Below are positions 26,549 through 37,928 of a stretch of 64,000 bases of DNA, piece after piece. Below the pieces are notes generated by a model that was not told the origin of the DNA, searched no databases, and was given only the letters and a program-made list of their open reading frames with translations. How positions within the stretch are numbered: position 1 is the first letter of the stretch; the number at the start of each line of letters is the position of its first letter. This DNA comes from Octopus vulgaris (Eukaryota): positions 30,690,001-30,754,000 of the forward strand of contig OX597827.1 in the NCBI GenBank assembly GCA_951406725.2, given 5' to 3'. The position numbers were made by a program, and so were the translations under genes.

Positions 26549-27420
26549 TTGTTATATGGAAATGGTACAATGTAGATTTGTAATGCTAATTTTGGAAAAT
26601 TTATAGACTTTGATTAATGGCCAACATTACCATTACCGTTTTAACTGTTCAGCGCTATACTATTATGAGTTATGACCCTTCCTTCCTAAGCATTGCCTTT
26701 TATTAACATTTCTCCTGGTCTCGTGCATATTAATTCCTTCCTACTCTCCCTAGATTAATTCCAACTGTCATATCACATTGACATATTGACTTTACAGTAA
26801 TGGCAACAAATGGCCCAACATTTGATCATCAAATTTTCATGATCTATCTTCCTCCTCCTCCTCCTCTTCCTCTTCTTCTTCTTCTATGATTACGATTATT
26901 ATTATTATTTAATCTTCTTCTGCCTAATTATACAAGTGTTGGTGAGATGGAATAAGCAAGTGGATACGAAGCTCAGATGAAGCCAAAGAGAGTTTCTATA
27001 TTATAACTCGATCAGTTTGAATAAAAGCAGCAGACAATCTCATTTGGAAAATACTTCCAGCTTACTTTTCTAACATCAATGAAACTTCTATGTGGTTGCT
27101 TGAAATAGCAGCCAAATCACTCTTAATCACAACCCTGTTTTGTTTCTACGTTTGTTTCATGATTATTTTGCCATGCTTGCTGGTGTTGCTGTGTGGTTAA
27201 GAACCTTGCTTCCCAATCTTGTGGTTTTTGGTTCAATCCCACTACACAGCACCTGAGGCAAGTGTTTTCTATTATAACCCAAAACATTGTCCATCCTTAT
27301 GTTCTGAGTTCAAATTCTGCCATGGTCGACTTTGCATTTCAGCCTTTCGGGGTCAATAAAATAAATACCAGCTGAGTACTGGGGCCGATGCAAGTGCTTT
27401 CTATTTTTATTTTTTTATTT

Positions 27421-27639
27421 TCCACAAGGGGCTAAACACGGAGGGGACAAACAAGGACAGACAAAGGGATTAAGTCGATTACATTGACCCCAGTGTGTAA
27501 CTGGTACTTATTTAATTGACCCCGAAAAGATGAAAGGCAAAGTGGACCTCGGTAGAATTTGAACTCAGAACGTAGCAGCAGATGAAATATCGCTAAGCAT
27601 TTCACCTGGCATGCTAACGATTCTGCCAGCTCGCTGCCT
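27421..27639 (-). mobile_element. tRNA-derived SINE, family B (Nin/Deu-domain-like body)
   Basis: Minus strand GGCAGCGAGCTGGCAGAATCGTTAGCA...GAGTTCAAATTC (B box)...GCCTTTCATCTTTTCGGGGTCAATTAAATAAGTACCAG. About 20 copies, e.g. 8295-8500, 8780-8985, 21905-22350, 23400-23620, 40045-40238, 43000-43218, 43873-44605, 47030-47483, 55148-55580, 56205-56377, mostly beside (TAA)n. Confidence 0.8.
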
Positions 27640-27882
27640 AGCCTCAAACATGGTCTATCTTTATGTTGTGAGTTCAAATTCCACCTGGTTGACTTTGTCT
27701 TTCAACCTTTCAGGCTCAAAAAAATAAATACCAGTTACATACTGGAGTCGATGTAATCAACTTACCCCCTCCTGCAAAATTCAGGTCTGGTGCCTATAGC
27801 AGAAAGGATTATGGCCCAAAGCCAACCAAAGCATTTTGAGTGGATTTTAGAGACTAAAACTGAGAAAAGCCCTTTGCATAAT

Positions 27883-28260
27883 ATGTGTGTGTGTGTGTTT
27901 ATCTGTGTGTGTATGTGTGTGCATGTTTGTATGTGTACATGTGTGTACGAGTGTGTGTTTATGTGGGTGCACATGTGTATTAGTGTGTTTACATGTGTGC
28001 ACATGTGTGTGTGTATGTGTGTATGAATGTGTATGTTTGTGTGCATGTGTACATGTGTGTGTGCGTTGTACAAGTGTACATGTGTGCGTGTGTGCATGTG
28101 TACATGTGGGTATGCATGTGTACAGGTGTGTGTGCATGTACATGTATGCATATGTGTGTGTGTATATGTGTATATGTATGTGTTTGTGTGTACATGTGTG
28201 TTTGTGTATGTACATGTGCATATGTGTACATGTGTATATGTGTGTGTGTGTGTGTGTGTA
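27883..28260. repeat. Degenerate (TG/CA)n-rich alternating purine-pyrimidine tract
   Basis: Seen directly; it explains the cluster of C/V/H/T-rich ORFs. Confidence 0.9.
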
Positions 28261-28719
28261 CCCATGTTTGACATCACATGATAGCTGCAAAGTGGCAATA
28301 CCATCATACAGGTAACATTGTTTGTTCTCAGTCTCTCATGTAAAAACACATGTCTAGCTAAAGGGAAATATTCACTTGTATGGAAACAGGTGAGGGTTAG
28401 CAACAGCAAAGGCATCTAGCTGTAGAAAATGTACCTCAATGAATTGTGTGACCCCTGCAAGCATGAACAGGCAGATGCTAAAACAATCTCTCATCTTTTA
28501 CTTGTTTCAATCATTAGATTGCAGCCACGCTGAGGCATCTGCCTTGAATTTTTAGTCGAAGGAATCAACCCCAGGACTTACTTTTTAAGTTTGGTACTAA
28601 TTCTATCAGTGTCTTTTGCCAAACTGCTAGGTTATGGGGATGCAAACACACCAACACTGGTTGTCAAGCAGTGGTGGTAGGACAAACACAGACAGAAAGA
28701 TACACGCACACATATATAT

Positions 28720-29820
28720 ATAGTACGAAAAAGGCAGGAGGAGAATTTCGATTATTCCCATGTGGTGAGTTGTAATGCAAATATATACATATATATAAAA
28801 TAAAAGAAGGAAAATGCACACAGTCTACATAGTTTAAATATATTTTCTAATATATTTTATAAGTGAAAGAGTCTTGTTTTGTCGACCGGTTTCACTTTTG
28901 CTAATCATGACATTGAAATTATTGTAATTTTGTATTTTCTTAAGAAGATTTTAGTCCATGTTGTGTATGAAAGTTTGTGAATGAAATGAAGTAGAAAATT
29001 CTAAGGGGAGGTAACTGGTGACTGTTATTATTTGGGACAGGGGAGGTAATATCTACTATTTTGGGAAGGGGATAAATAAATATACAGAAACTCAAAAACT
29101 GAAGTAGTGAGATGAAATATTTACAGTGATGGTTATGTGAACATGAGTTAAAATATATACTGAGACCAAAGTTTGTTATGCATTCATATTTAGGCGTGTT
29201 CTGTATTTTTGATAAATAAAGATTCTTTATTTAAATGTTCTTGTACAGATATTGTTGGAAGGCTTGGAATTCCTATTCAAAGAGAGAGGTTCATAATTAA
29301 AACCAACTTAACTTGTGCTTCCAAGAATCTAATTCATGTTATAACTTGTTCAGGTTGTGGACATAACTACATAGGACACATAGAGAGATATGCAGGTAAT
29401 ATCAAACAAATCTTAACACTTTTCCTCATCTACCAGTGCAAAGAAATAATTTCTGTACAAGAACGTTTCAATAAAGAAAATTTATTTGTCAAAAAATACA
29501 GAACATGCCTAAATATGAATGCATAAAAACTTTGGTCTCAGTATATATTTTAATTCATGTTCACATACCCATCACTGTAAATACTTCATCTCACTACTTT
29601 AGCTTTTGAGTTTTTCTGTATTCATTTATTCCCTCACTAAAGTATGAGCAATTACCTCCCTTGGCCCAAATAATAATGATCATCAATTACCTCCCCTTAG
29701 ATAACTCTACTTGTAGCGAAACCGGTTGACAAACGCAATACTCTTTCACTTATAAAATATATCAAAAAATATATTAAAACTATGTAAACTGTGTGCATTT
29801 TCCTTCTTTTATTTTATATA
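28720..29820 (+). mobile_element. Penelope-like retroelement remnant (GIY-YIG endonuclease fragment with inverted pseudo-LTRs), nested in a SINE A
   Basis: ORF 29209-29526 contains NLTCASKNLIHVITCSGCGHNYIG (Penelope GIY-YIG pattern). About 28791-29253 is inverted relative to about 29448-29820. The SINE A tail (28495-28715) and head (29825-29992) flank it on the minus strand. Confidence 0.85.
28880..28912 (-). ncRNA. Minimal type I hammerhead-ribozyme-like motif (variant core)
   Basis: Minus strand TGTC-ATGATTA-GC-AAAA-GT-GAAAC-CG-GTC-GACA: stem I TGTC/GACA, GAAAC, palindromic ACCGGT stem III and a GTC cleavage triplet. The core deviates from CUGAnGA. Confidence 0.5.
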
Positions 29821-30519
29821 TATACACACACGACAGGCTCCTTTCAGTTTTCATCTACCAAATTCACTCACAAGTCTTTGGTCGACCCAAGGGTATAGTA
29901 GAAGATATTTGTCCATGGTGCCAAGCAGTGGGACTGAACCTGGAACCATGTGGTTGGGAAGGAAGCTTCTTACTACACAGCCATGCCTGCACCTACAATG
30001 CTGATGAAAATTTTCCATCCTTGCATGGACTGGAAGAATATATTATTTGAAGCATTGTTTTACAGCTGGATGCCTTTCCTGACATTAAACCTTACCTGTT
30101 TATCAGATAAGGGATCCCTTAATCCTTATGACTTTAAAGACACAAGGTGCCCATACAATTCACTGACTGGAGAAACTGACGACAACATCAACCACTGCAC
30201 TTTTATACAAGCAATTGCAGATGTAAACACGCACACACACACGTGATGCTCCCCTCCATTTTTTAAACAACACATTCACTGTTCACTTTCTGTGCAATAT
30301 TCTATGCACTGTACATGCACTTCTGGCTACTTTTTCTGATGAGTTGTAGTGCACCTGAGCACTGTATACAATAAGTTCATTATACATCATTATATATACA
30401 TACATACAATGGTCCTCTTTTAATGTTCATGTACTAAATCCATAAAACACTTGCCCAAAGTGCTGTGCATGTCTGTGTGTATGTATGTGCATGCATGTGG
30501 GAATGTGTGTGTGTGTGTG

Positions 30520-30566
<47 letters not shown>

Positions 30567-31199
30567 CTCTCCCCAGTGTACACATACATACTCACATTTG
30601 TGTGTGTGTGTGAGTGTTATATGCACATAGCACTGAGAGTACACATGAAATAGATTCCAGTGCCCTGAAGGCTCCCAAGAAGTAGTCATGATAGTTTCCT
30701 GTTGTATCTAGGTGACCTAATTAGTGGTGGAGGTGGGTGTTCTGAGACATTGTTGCCAGAATAGGAACTGGGTGCAAAATGTTTAGGGAACTACTACCTC
30801 TGGTGGTGACAAAGAGAAGGGCTCCTTCGTCAGAGAGGAGTGCAGGTTTGTAAGATGCTTGAGTACAAAGTGGGATGCTGCATAATGCAAAATGTTAGTC
30901 TTGAATATGAAGAATTAGCAGAAGCTGGAAAGAAAAAAGGCAAACATGCTCTGCTAGATGTATTAAGGAAGAATACATGAATGACAGAGTCTTGAAATGC
31001 TGCACTGGAGAGAAACTGCTGAATGATGTAAAACTGTTCCTGAGATTGTGATTGTTTACACTGATATAAACCAGTGTTTGTGTCCCTAATGTCCAGTAAC
31101 TTATAAATAGAGATTGATGAAATAAGTACCATACATATACATATGTATGTACATATGTATGTACATACATATGTATGTACATACATATATACATACATA

Positions 31200-31420
31200 C
31201 AAGTAGGGTGCTGAAAAGTTCCTGGTTTTGGGTAAAATAAAATACAAGAAGATCAATTAATTATGATTTTATTCAACATATTCCCCTCTCAGATTTACAC
31301 ACTTATTGCAGTGGTCCTTCAGTTTTTCTAAGCCCTGTAAAAGAACTTGGAAGGTTGGGCCTCCAGCCAGGCCTTTTGCAATACCTTAAAGCCAAGAACT
31401 TTTCAACCCCCCCCCCCCTC

Positions 31421-31421
<1 letters not shown>
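31200..31421. mobile_element. Tc1/mariner-type MITE (copy 1, part of a local duplication)
   Basis: TA-flanked; imperfect TIRs GGGTGCTGAAAAGTTCCTGGTTT / AAAGCCAAGAACTTTTCAACCCC. Confidence 0.7.
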
Positions 31422-31451
<30 letters not shown>

Positions 31452-31792
31452 TGTATGTATGTATGTATGGATAGATATATACACACACGGTATAAAATGA
31501 AAAACATGAAGATTCCTAATATTTTCAAAAGTAAAAGAAAACAATAAATAGTTAGGAACACACAAGTACTGAGGCTGATGTGATAGACGAAACTTCTGAA
31601 AACACTGCCTCATCATGGTTGCAGTTGAATGGCTGGAACCGAAATAAATAAATAAAAGAGTAAATGAAGAGAAGCTTTTAATGCTTTCTTACCATTTTTC
31701 ATTGAAACCTGTTGTTTGTTGTTACGTAAACAACTGACCTAGACATTTTGATAGTAATACACATTTTCTTGTGTACCACATTTTCCAACATA

Positions 31793-32009
31793 AAATAAAA
31801 TAATAAATGTGCCCTTTTAAAGCCTAGCCAGGCTCATGGGCCCGGTTTCTATGGCGTATGTGTTCCCCAGCTGGACGGGACGCCAGTCCATCATAGCGTT
31901 ACTCATTTTTGCCAGCTGAGTGAACTGGAGCAACGTAAAATGAAGTGTTTTGCTAAAGAACGCAATGCGTCACCCGGTCCAGGAATCGTCACTAAGCCAC
32001 ACGCTTCCA
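31793..32009 (-). mobile_element. tRNA-derived SINE, family D, with a 16-bp TSD
   Basis: Direct repeat cacattttccaacata at 31777-31792 and 32010-32025. Related heads at about 44800-44950 (-) and 56933-57070 (+). Confidence 0.7.
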
Positions 32010-32866
32010 CACATTTTCCAACATACCTTTCTAAAATCCTGTGGCATTTTACACAGAATGTTTGATTCTGAAAAGTTGTCTTGGTGCAAAAGCCAACCTA
32101 CCATTCTTGGGCTGCAAATTTTGGCCTGCAAAAATTTGACTCGCATGTTGGCAACTACAGCAATTCAAGCTTTTACACTCAGTTACCATTCGCAGCACCA
32201 ACAGTGAATTATGCCTCAGCTTGGTAGGTAAGACAATAAGGATTGGCATTGTTGCTGGTGGATCAGTCAAGATCCTTGCAATGGTACAGAAATGAAATGG
32301 TTATTTTGAAGGACTCATTTTTTGTGAGCATTCCAAAGACTACAGAGGCCTGTTTGAAGAGGTTTATATTCTGCTTGCCTAGCTAGCAGTCATTGTTTGA
32401 AATTAAGCTGGCTTATTCTTTGAATTGGGAGAAGGTGTTTAGGTGATACTGTTGTATTGAGAAATGGGAGAGGAGAGAAGGTGGTGCCAAATGGTCTTGG
32501 TTTTCTAGGACTTAATTGTTAAACCCAGTTGTCATTGTCATTTTAACATTCACTTTTCCATGTTTCCATGGGTCGGAAAGAGTTTATCAAAGCTCATTTC
32601 TTATGGTTGGATGCCCTTCCTGTCACCAACCCTGACTCATTTCCAACTAAGATCATATTCCCCCATGGCCAGACATGTTTTCACAGAAGATTGGAAATGT
32701 ATGAAACTGCTTGTATGATGGCAACACTCAGACAAATATAAATAAAAATATTAAAAAATAAAGATCCCAATTTTTTATTTTCTTCCATATAAATGCTGTT
32801 AGGTGATTGCATAAAATACCGAAACCTGATCAATACAGAAAAACATGACAGAAGAATTATACTCAC

Positions 32867-32935
32867 GATTAAAGGGTTCCAGCAATTCTGAAACAAGATC
32901 ATGACCACCAATTTCCAAAGCAACTGCTTCTAAAC
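32867..32935 (-). CDS. E93: Internal coding exon (69 nt, phase 1-1) of a probable E93/Eip93F-Mblk-1-LCOR(L) family transcription factor: (G)LEAVALEIGGHDLVSELLEPFN(R)
   Basis: Minus strand reads ctttcatttcttattcttttacag|GTTTAGAAGCA...CCCTTTAATC|gtgagt: strong polypyrimidine acceptor, consensus donor, open frame, non-repetitive sequence. The peptide resembles insect E93 GLERVAEELMG and vertebrate LCORL GFESILEGLYG (recalled from memory, not searched). Confidence 0.75.
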
Positions 32936-33021
32936 CTGTAAAAGAATAAGAAATGAAAGAAATTGAGAATTGTTTTAAACAATATATACATATGTATGTA
33001 CATACATTATATACATACATA

Positions 33022-33239
33022 CAAGTAGGGTGCTGAAAAGTTCCTGGTTTTGGGTAAAATAAAATACAAGAAGATCAATTAATTATGATTTTATTCAACA
33101 TATTCCCCTCTCAGATTTACACACTTATTGCAGTGGTCCTTCAGTTTTTCTAAGCCCTGTAAAGGAACTTGGAAGGTTGGGCCTCCAACCAGGCCTTTTG
33201 CAATACCTTAAAGCCAAGAACTTTTCACCCCCCCCCTCA
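33022..33239. mobile_element. Tc1/mariner-type MITE (copy 2)
   Basis: Nearly identical to 31200-31421, including the non-element flanks. Confidence 0.7.
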
Positions 33240-34483
33240 TATGTACGTATGTATGTATGTATGTATGTATGGATGGATGGATAGATATATACACACACAG
33301 GATAAAATGAAAAACATGAAGATTCCTAATATTTTCAAAAGTAAAAGAAAGCAATAAATAGTTAGGAACACACAAGTTGTTGTTGTTGTTGCTGTTTAAT
33401 CTCAGGTCAGTCTTGATTGAACAACTCTATGGATTAAACATGTTCCAACTATGACATTCCTGTCTTTTTATTCATATGTAGCAGTGTATCTAGGACTATG
33501 ATATCCAATGTATCCTTTACATACATACACACCACCACCACCACCATCTGTCTTCCATGCTGGCATGGGTTGGATGGTTTTGACAGGATCTGGTAAGTCA
33601 GAGGATAGCCCCAAGCTACACTGTCTAGTTTGACTTTGTTTTTTTTACAGATGGATGCCCTTCCTAATGTCAACCGTTATACAGAGTGGACTGGGTGCTT
33701 TTTATGTGGCACCAACACTAGCACGGTTATCAAATAACTTGCAAGACAAAGATCATTGTGGTGGTGGTGGTGGGTAGGAGATACTATCCCAAACACTCCT
33801 CCCTGGAGTAATGAGCAGAGAAGATGGATGGAGAGATGGATGGAGGAACGCATGGATGTAAAGTGAATGATGTTAGGAACCATAAAAACCACAGCACAGC
33901 TGGATATTGGAACTCCACATAGTTCTGTGGCTCATCAGATTCTGTTGAACTGTTCAACTCATACCAGCATGGAATATGGACATTAAATGATGATGACAAT
34001 GATGATGATAAAGATAAATTTGTTGAAGAAAACTTAGAATTCTGTAAGGGGCAGAGAAACTAACTGGAAATCTATACAGAAATTCTAGATGGAATTCAAT
34101 TAGTGATGTAATTAATGATGCTCTTCGGAAATTAAATGGAATTTAGACATTCTTTTTATTTGCCAGTTCTCCTAAGATAAGAAATAGGAAAAAAATGTAT
34201 ATTTTATTCCAAAAAACAAAATAAATTATAATAATGGTATTAAATGAAATAACATTAAATTTAATTTCACAGATCTTATTCTTTTATTAGTAACACACAC
34301 ACATGCATACGTGTGTGTGCACACACATATGGACTTGTGTGTGTGTGGGGAGGTGAAGTTATATAAGGATCAGTTGGTTGACAGGATAGGTAGAGCATCA
34401 GACAAAATACTGGGGTTATTTATAATGAATTAAACCCATAAACACAGTGCTTAAGCATGGCCACAGTTTAATGACTAAAACTA

Positions 34484-34542
<59 letters not shown>

Positions 34543-34671
34543 TATATACATACATATATATATGTATATATATACATATATATATATATATGCACACACA
34601 CACACACATATATATATGTATGTATATACATACACACACATATATGTGTGTGTGTGTGTGCGTGCGTGTAT

Positions 34672-34709
<38 letters not shown>

Positions 34710-35541
34710 CATATAGGAATTAGTGCTACATTGTAGAAACTTGTTTCTGAAACAATATGGTGAAAGCAATACAGAAATGAGATTAGCAACTTGAATTAAA
34801 TAAAAGATACAGCTGATGAGTCAGATATATGGTACCCCCCCCCACACACACACTGTCATTCAGATGTCTTTAAATTCAACAGCGAAATAAAAACAAACGT
34901 ATCACTAACAGGTATCTTAATTTACATGTTTCTGTGTTTCATCATAAGAAAGGGTGGAAGATTTTAAAAAAATGCATAACAAATAAAAATTAATTAATTA
35001 AAAAACAACAATAACAACAACAAAAATCCCTATTATTTCCAACTGAGTCATAGAAACTTATTTCCAAAGAGCCATTATCTAAGGAAACCACAAATGTACA
35101 ACAAACTGTAGTAGGGCAGTGAACAGCTTTATCATTTAGCTTTTATCTTTCACTTGTTTTTGTCATTAGACTGTGGCCATGCTGGGGCACTGAATTGAAG
35201 AGTTTTTAGTTGAATGAATTGATCCCAATACTTGAATATTTTTTAAAGATTGCTATTTATTCTACCGGTTGCCTTTGCTGAATGTAAACACACCAACACT
35301 GGTTGTCAAGCAGTGATGGGGGACAAACACAGACACAAAGACGTACTCAGAATATGTATGTATATATATATATATATATACACATTTCCTTGCATGTCTC
35401 CACTGTCCTGATTTTGTTCCCAACTTTGACCCTCCATAAATCCCAAATTTTATTTGGTATATATATATATATAAAATTTATATTATTACTTGATTGAACA
35501 CTACACATCCATTTCCAAGTTAGTTTTATATATATATATAT

Positions 35542-37166
35542 ATGTTGCAGCCAAAATGTTTAGAACGGCGTTGTTTTCATCAGAAAAGTAGATATAATTT
35601 TTATCAAAGTTGTTTTATATTCTCTAATTTTCGCAGACAATAAATACGATATTATTTGTTATTGCCTGAGATTTTGGTGTAATTTGAGAGGATAATACAA
35701 AAGTTATGGATGATTTAGTAATTTACTGCAAAACCCATGGCGGCTAAAATGATCAGAACGGTTGCTTTTACTCCGTGTTTTAGTATATTTAACCAGCGAA
35801 CTCTAATGTTTTGAATTTGTTTATGTGACGGTTCGTTTACTAAACATTAGTAAGAATATTTGCAGTGTACTTTGTTAATATAATGCCACTTACTCCGTTA
35901 CCAATTCGTCAGCAGATTATTAAGCTTCGAAGGAAGGATAATTTAAGTATTGGATCTATTGCAAAGATTGATAACAAGTCAAAAAGTGTTGTACACGGTA
36001 TTCTTAAGGTCTACGATGATTGTGGTTCATGTGAAGCAAGAAAGTTTAAAGGTAGGCCAAGAAAAACAACCAAGAGAGATCGTGCTATGGTAAAGTTGGT
36101 TAAAAAGGATAGATTTAAAACTGCTGCTGCTGTTTCTCGGAAAATGAGCATTGTATTGAAGAAAACTTTATCTCGAAAAACTGTGTCTCGTCGTTTAGTT
36201 GAACATGACCTACAAGCAAGAGCACCTGCAGTGAAGCCACTGATCAGCTCCAAGAATAAAAAGTGTCGTCTTACCTTTGCAACTGAACATGTGTTGTGGT
36301 CTCAAGAAAAATGGCAAACAGTGCATTTCAGTGATGAATCTAAGTTTATGCTATTTGGCTCAGATGGGAAAAGGTACGTTCATAGAAAAGTAGGTGAAAA
36401 ATTGTTGCCTAAATGCCTTAAGACTAGTGTTAAATTCGGTGGAGGAAGTGTCATGGTTTGGGGAATGATATCAGGAGATGGTGTGGGCCCTTTGGTGCAA
36501 TTACATGGAAAGTTAAATGCAGGAGTTTATAAACAACTTGTAAAAGATCATGTCTTGCTTGTGCTGAGAAATTCAACTAAGCGACCACCCATATTCATGC
36601 AGGACAATGCCCCATGTCACAAGGCTAAGGTGGTCATGAACTTCCTCAAGGCTGAAAAGGTTATTGTTATGGATTGGCCAGCTCAAAGCCCAGATCTGAA
36701 TCCTATTGAAAATGTGTGGAATATTCTAGGAGAACGTTCGAAAGCCAGAAATCCTAAAACAACTGAGCAATTATGGAATGCCCTTCAGAAAGAATAGAAT
36801 AAGCTCACCCAGCAAGAAATTGAAAATTTAATTTCCTCATGCAGTCGAAGATGTCAGAGTGTGATTGAAGCTAAAGGGCTTCACACTAAATATCAAATAA
36901 TTCCAGTACTCTCTGTCATTTTTGATTATTTTGTTATTTTTTCAACCGTTCTGATCATTTTGGCCTCCATGGGTTTTGCAGTAAATCCCTAAATCATCCA
37001 TAACTTTTGTATTATCCTCTCAAATTACACCAAAAGCTCAGACAATAACAATTATTATTGTATTTAATGTCTGTGAAAATTATAGAATATAAAACAACTT
37101 TGATAAAAACTTATACCTACTTTTCTGACGAAAGCAATGCCGTTCTGAACATTTTGGCCGCAACTG
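35542..37166 (+). mobile_element. Full-length Tc1-family DNA transposon with long IR/DR terminal repeats
   Basis: About 220-bp TIRs at 35542-35764 and 36943-37166. Each has outer and inner direct repeats (GCCAAAATGTTTAGAACGG / GCTAAAATGATCAGAACGG). The right end is CAACTG|TA and the element sits in (TA)n; the left terminal bases are slightly degenerate. Confidence 0.95.
35883..36896 (+). pseudogene. Tc1 transposase (DD34E) with one premature stop
   Basis: ATG at 35883; N-terminal HTH-like region, GRPRKTT, FSDESKF, MQDNAPCH, SPDLNPIE with 34 residues between the second D and E. TAG at 36795-36797 falls at an expected Trp. The frame continues NKLTQQEIENLISSCSRRCQSVIEAKGLHTKY, then CAA where a stop would be expected. 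Confidence 0.92.
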
Positions 37167-37231
37167 TATATATATATATATAAAGAGTAAAAGAGTATAT
37201 ATATATATATATATACTCTTTTTTTTTTTTT

Positions 37232-37640
37232 TTTTACTCTTTTACTTGTTTCAGTCATTTGACTATGGCCATGCTGGAGCACCGCCTTTAGTCGAGCAAA
37301 TCGACCCCAGGACTTATTCTTTGTAAGCCTAGTACTTATTCTATCGGTCTCTTTTGCCGAACCTCTAAGTGACGGGGACGTAAACACACCAGCATCGCTT
37401 GTCAAGCAATGCTAGGGGGAGAAACAGACACACAAACATACACACACACACATATATATATATACATACATATATACGACAGGCTTCTTTCAGTTTCCGT
37501 CTACCAAATCCACTCACAAGGCTTTGGTTGGCCCAAGGCTATAGTAGAAGACACTTGCCCAAGATGCCACGCAGTGGGACTAAACCCGGAACCATGTGGT
37601 TGGTAAGCAAGCTACTTACCACACAGCCACTCCTGCGCCT
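37232..37640 (-). mobile_element. SINE family A, well-preserved full-length copy
   Basis: Intact A/B boxes, many CpGs retained, complete tail. Confidence 0.9.
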
Positions 37641-37658
37641 ATATATATATATATATAT

Positions 37659-37733
<75 letters not shown>

Positions 37734-37734
37734 T

Positions 37735-37928
37735 AGGGAGAGTTTACGAAAAAACAAAAGACGAAGACAGGTGGTGTACAAAACAAACAGATGTACTAGT
37801 ATAATGCTCAGGAATAGAAAACGTATTTTACGTTTCGAGCCTATGCTCTTCTACAAAAATGGACACAAAAAAAAAACAAGGAGAGAAAAAAATGTGTGTA
37901 GTGGCTAACGATCTATCATGGCGACTGG
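37735..37928 (-). mobile_element. Penelope-like terminal fragment
   Basis: Lies between microsatellites; the minus strand TAGAAGAGC-ATAG-GCTC-GAAACGT resembles Penelope 3'-end hammerhead-like motifs. Confidence 0.35.

Noticed and set aside
30830-31050. Possible RTE LINE C-terminal remnant
   Set aside because: Only faint similarity with many stops; not supportable by eye.
31570-31612. tgaggCTGATGT...GAAAC...gcctca hammerhead-like string
   Set aside because: The core is mismatched and there is no stem III or cleavage triplet.
35865-35882. ORF-track start of the transposase
   Set aside because: Non-ATG start; the ATG at 35883 is the more plausible initiator.
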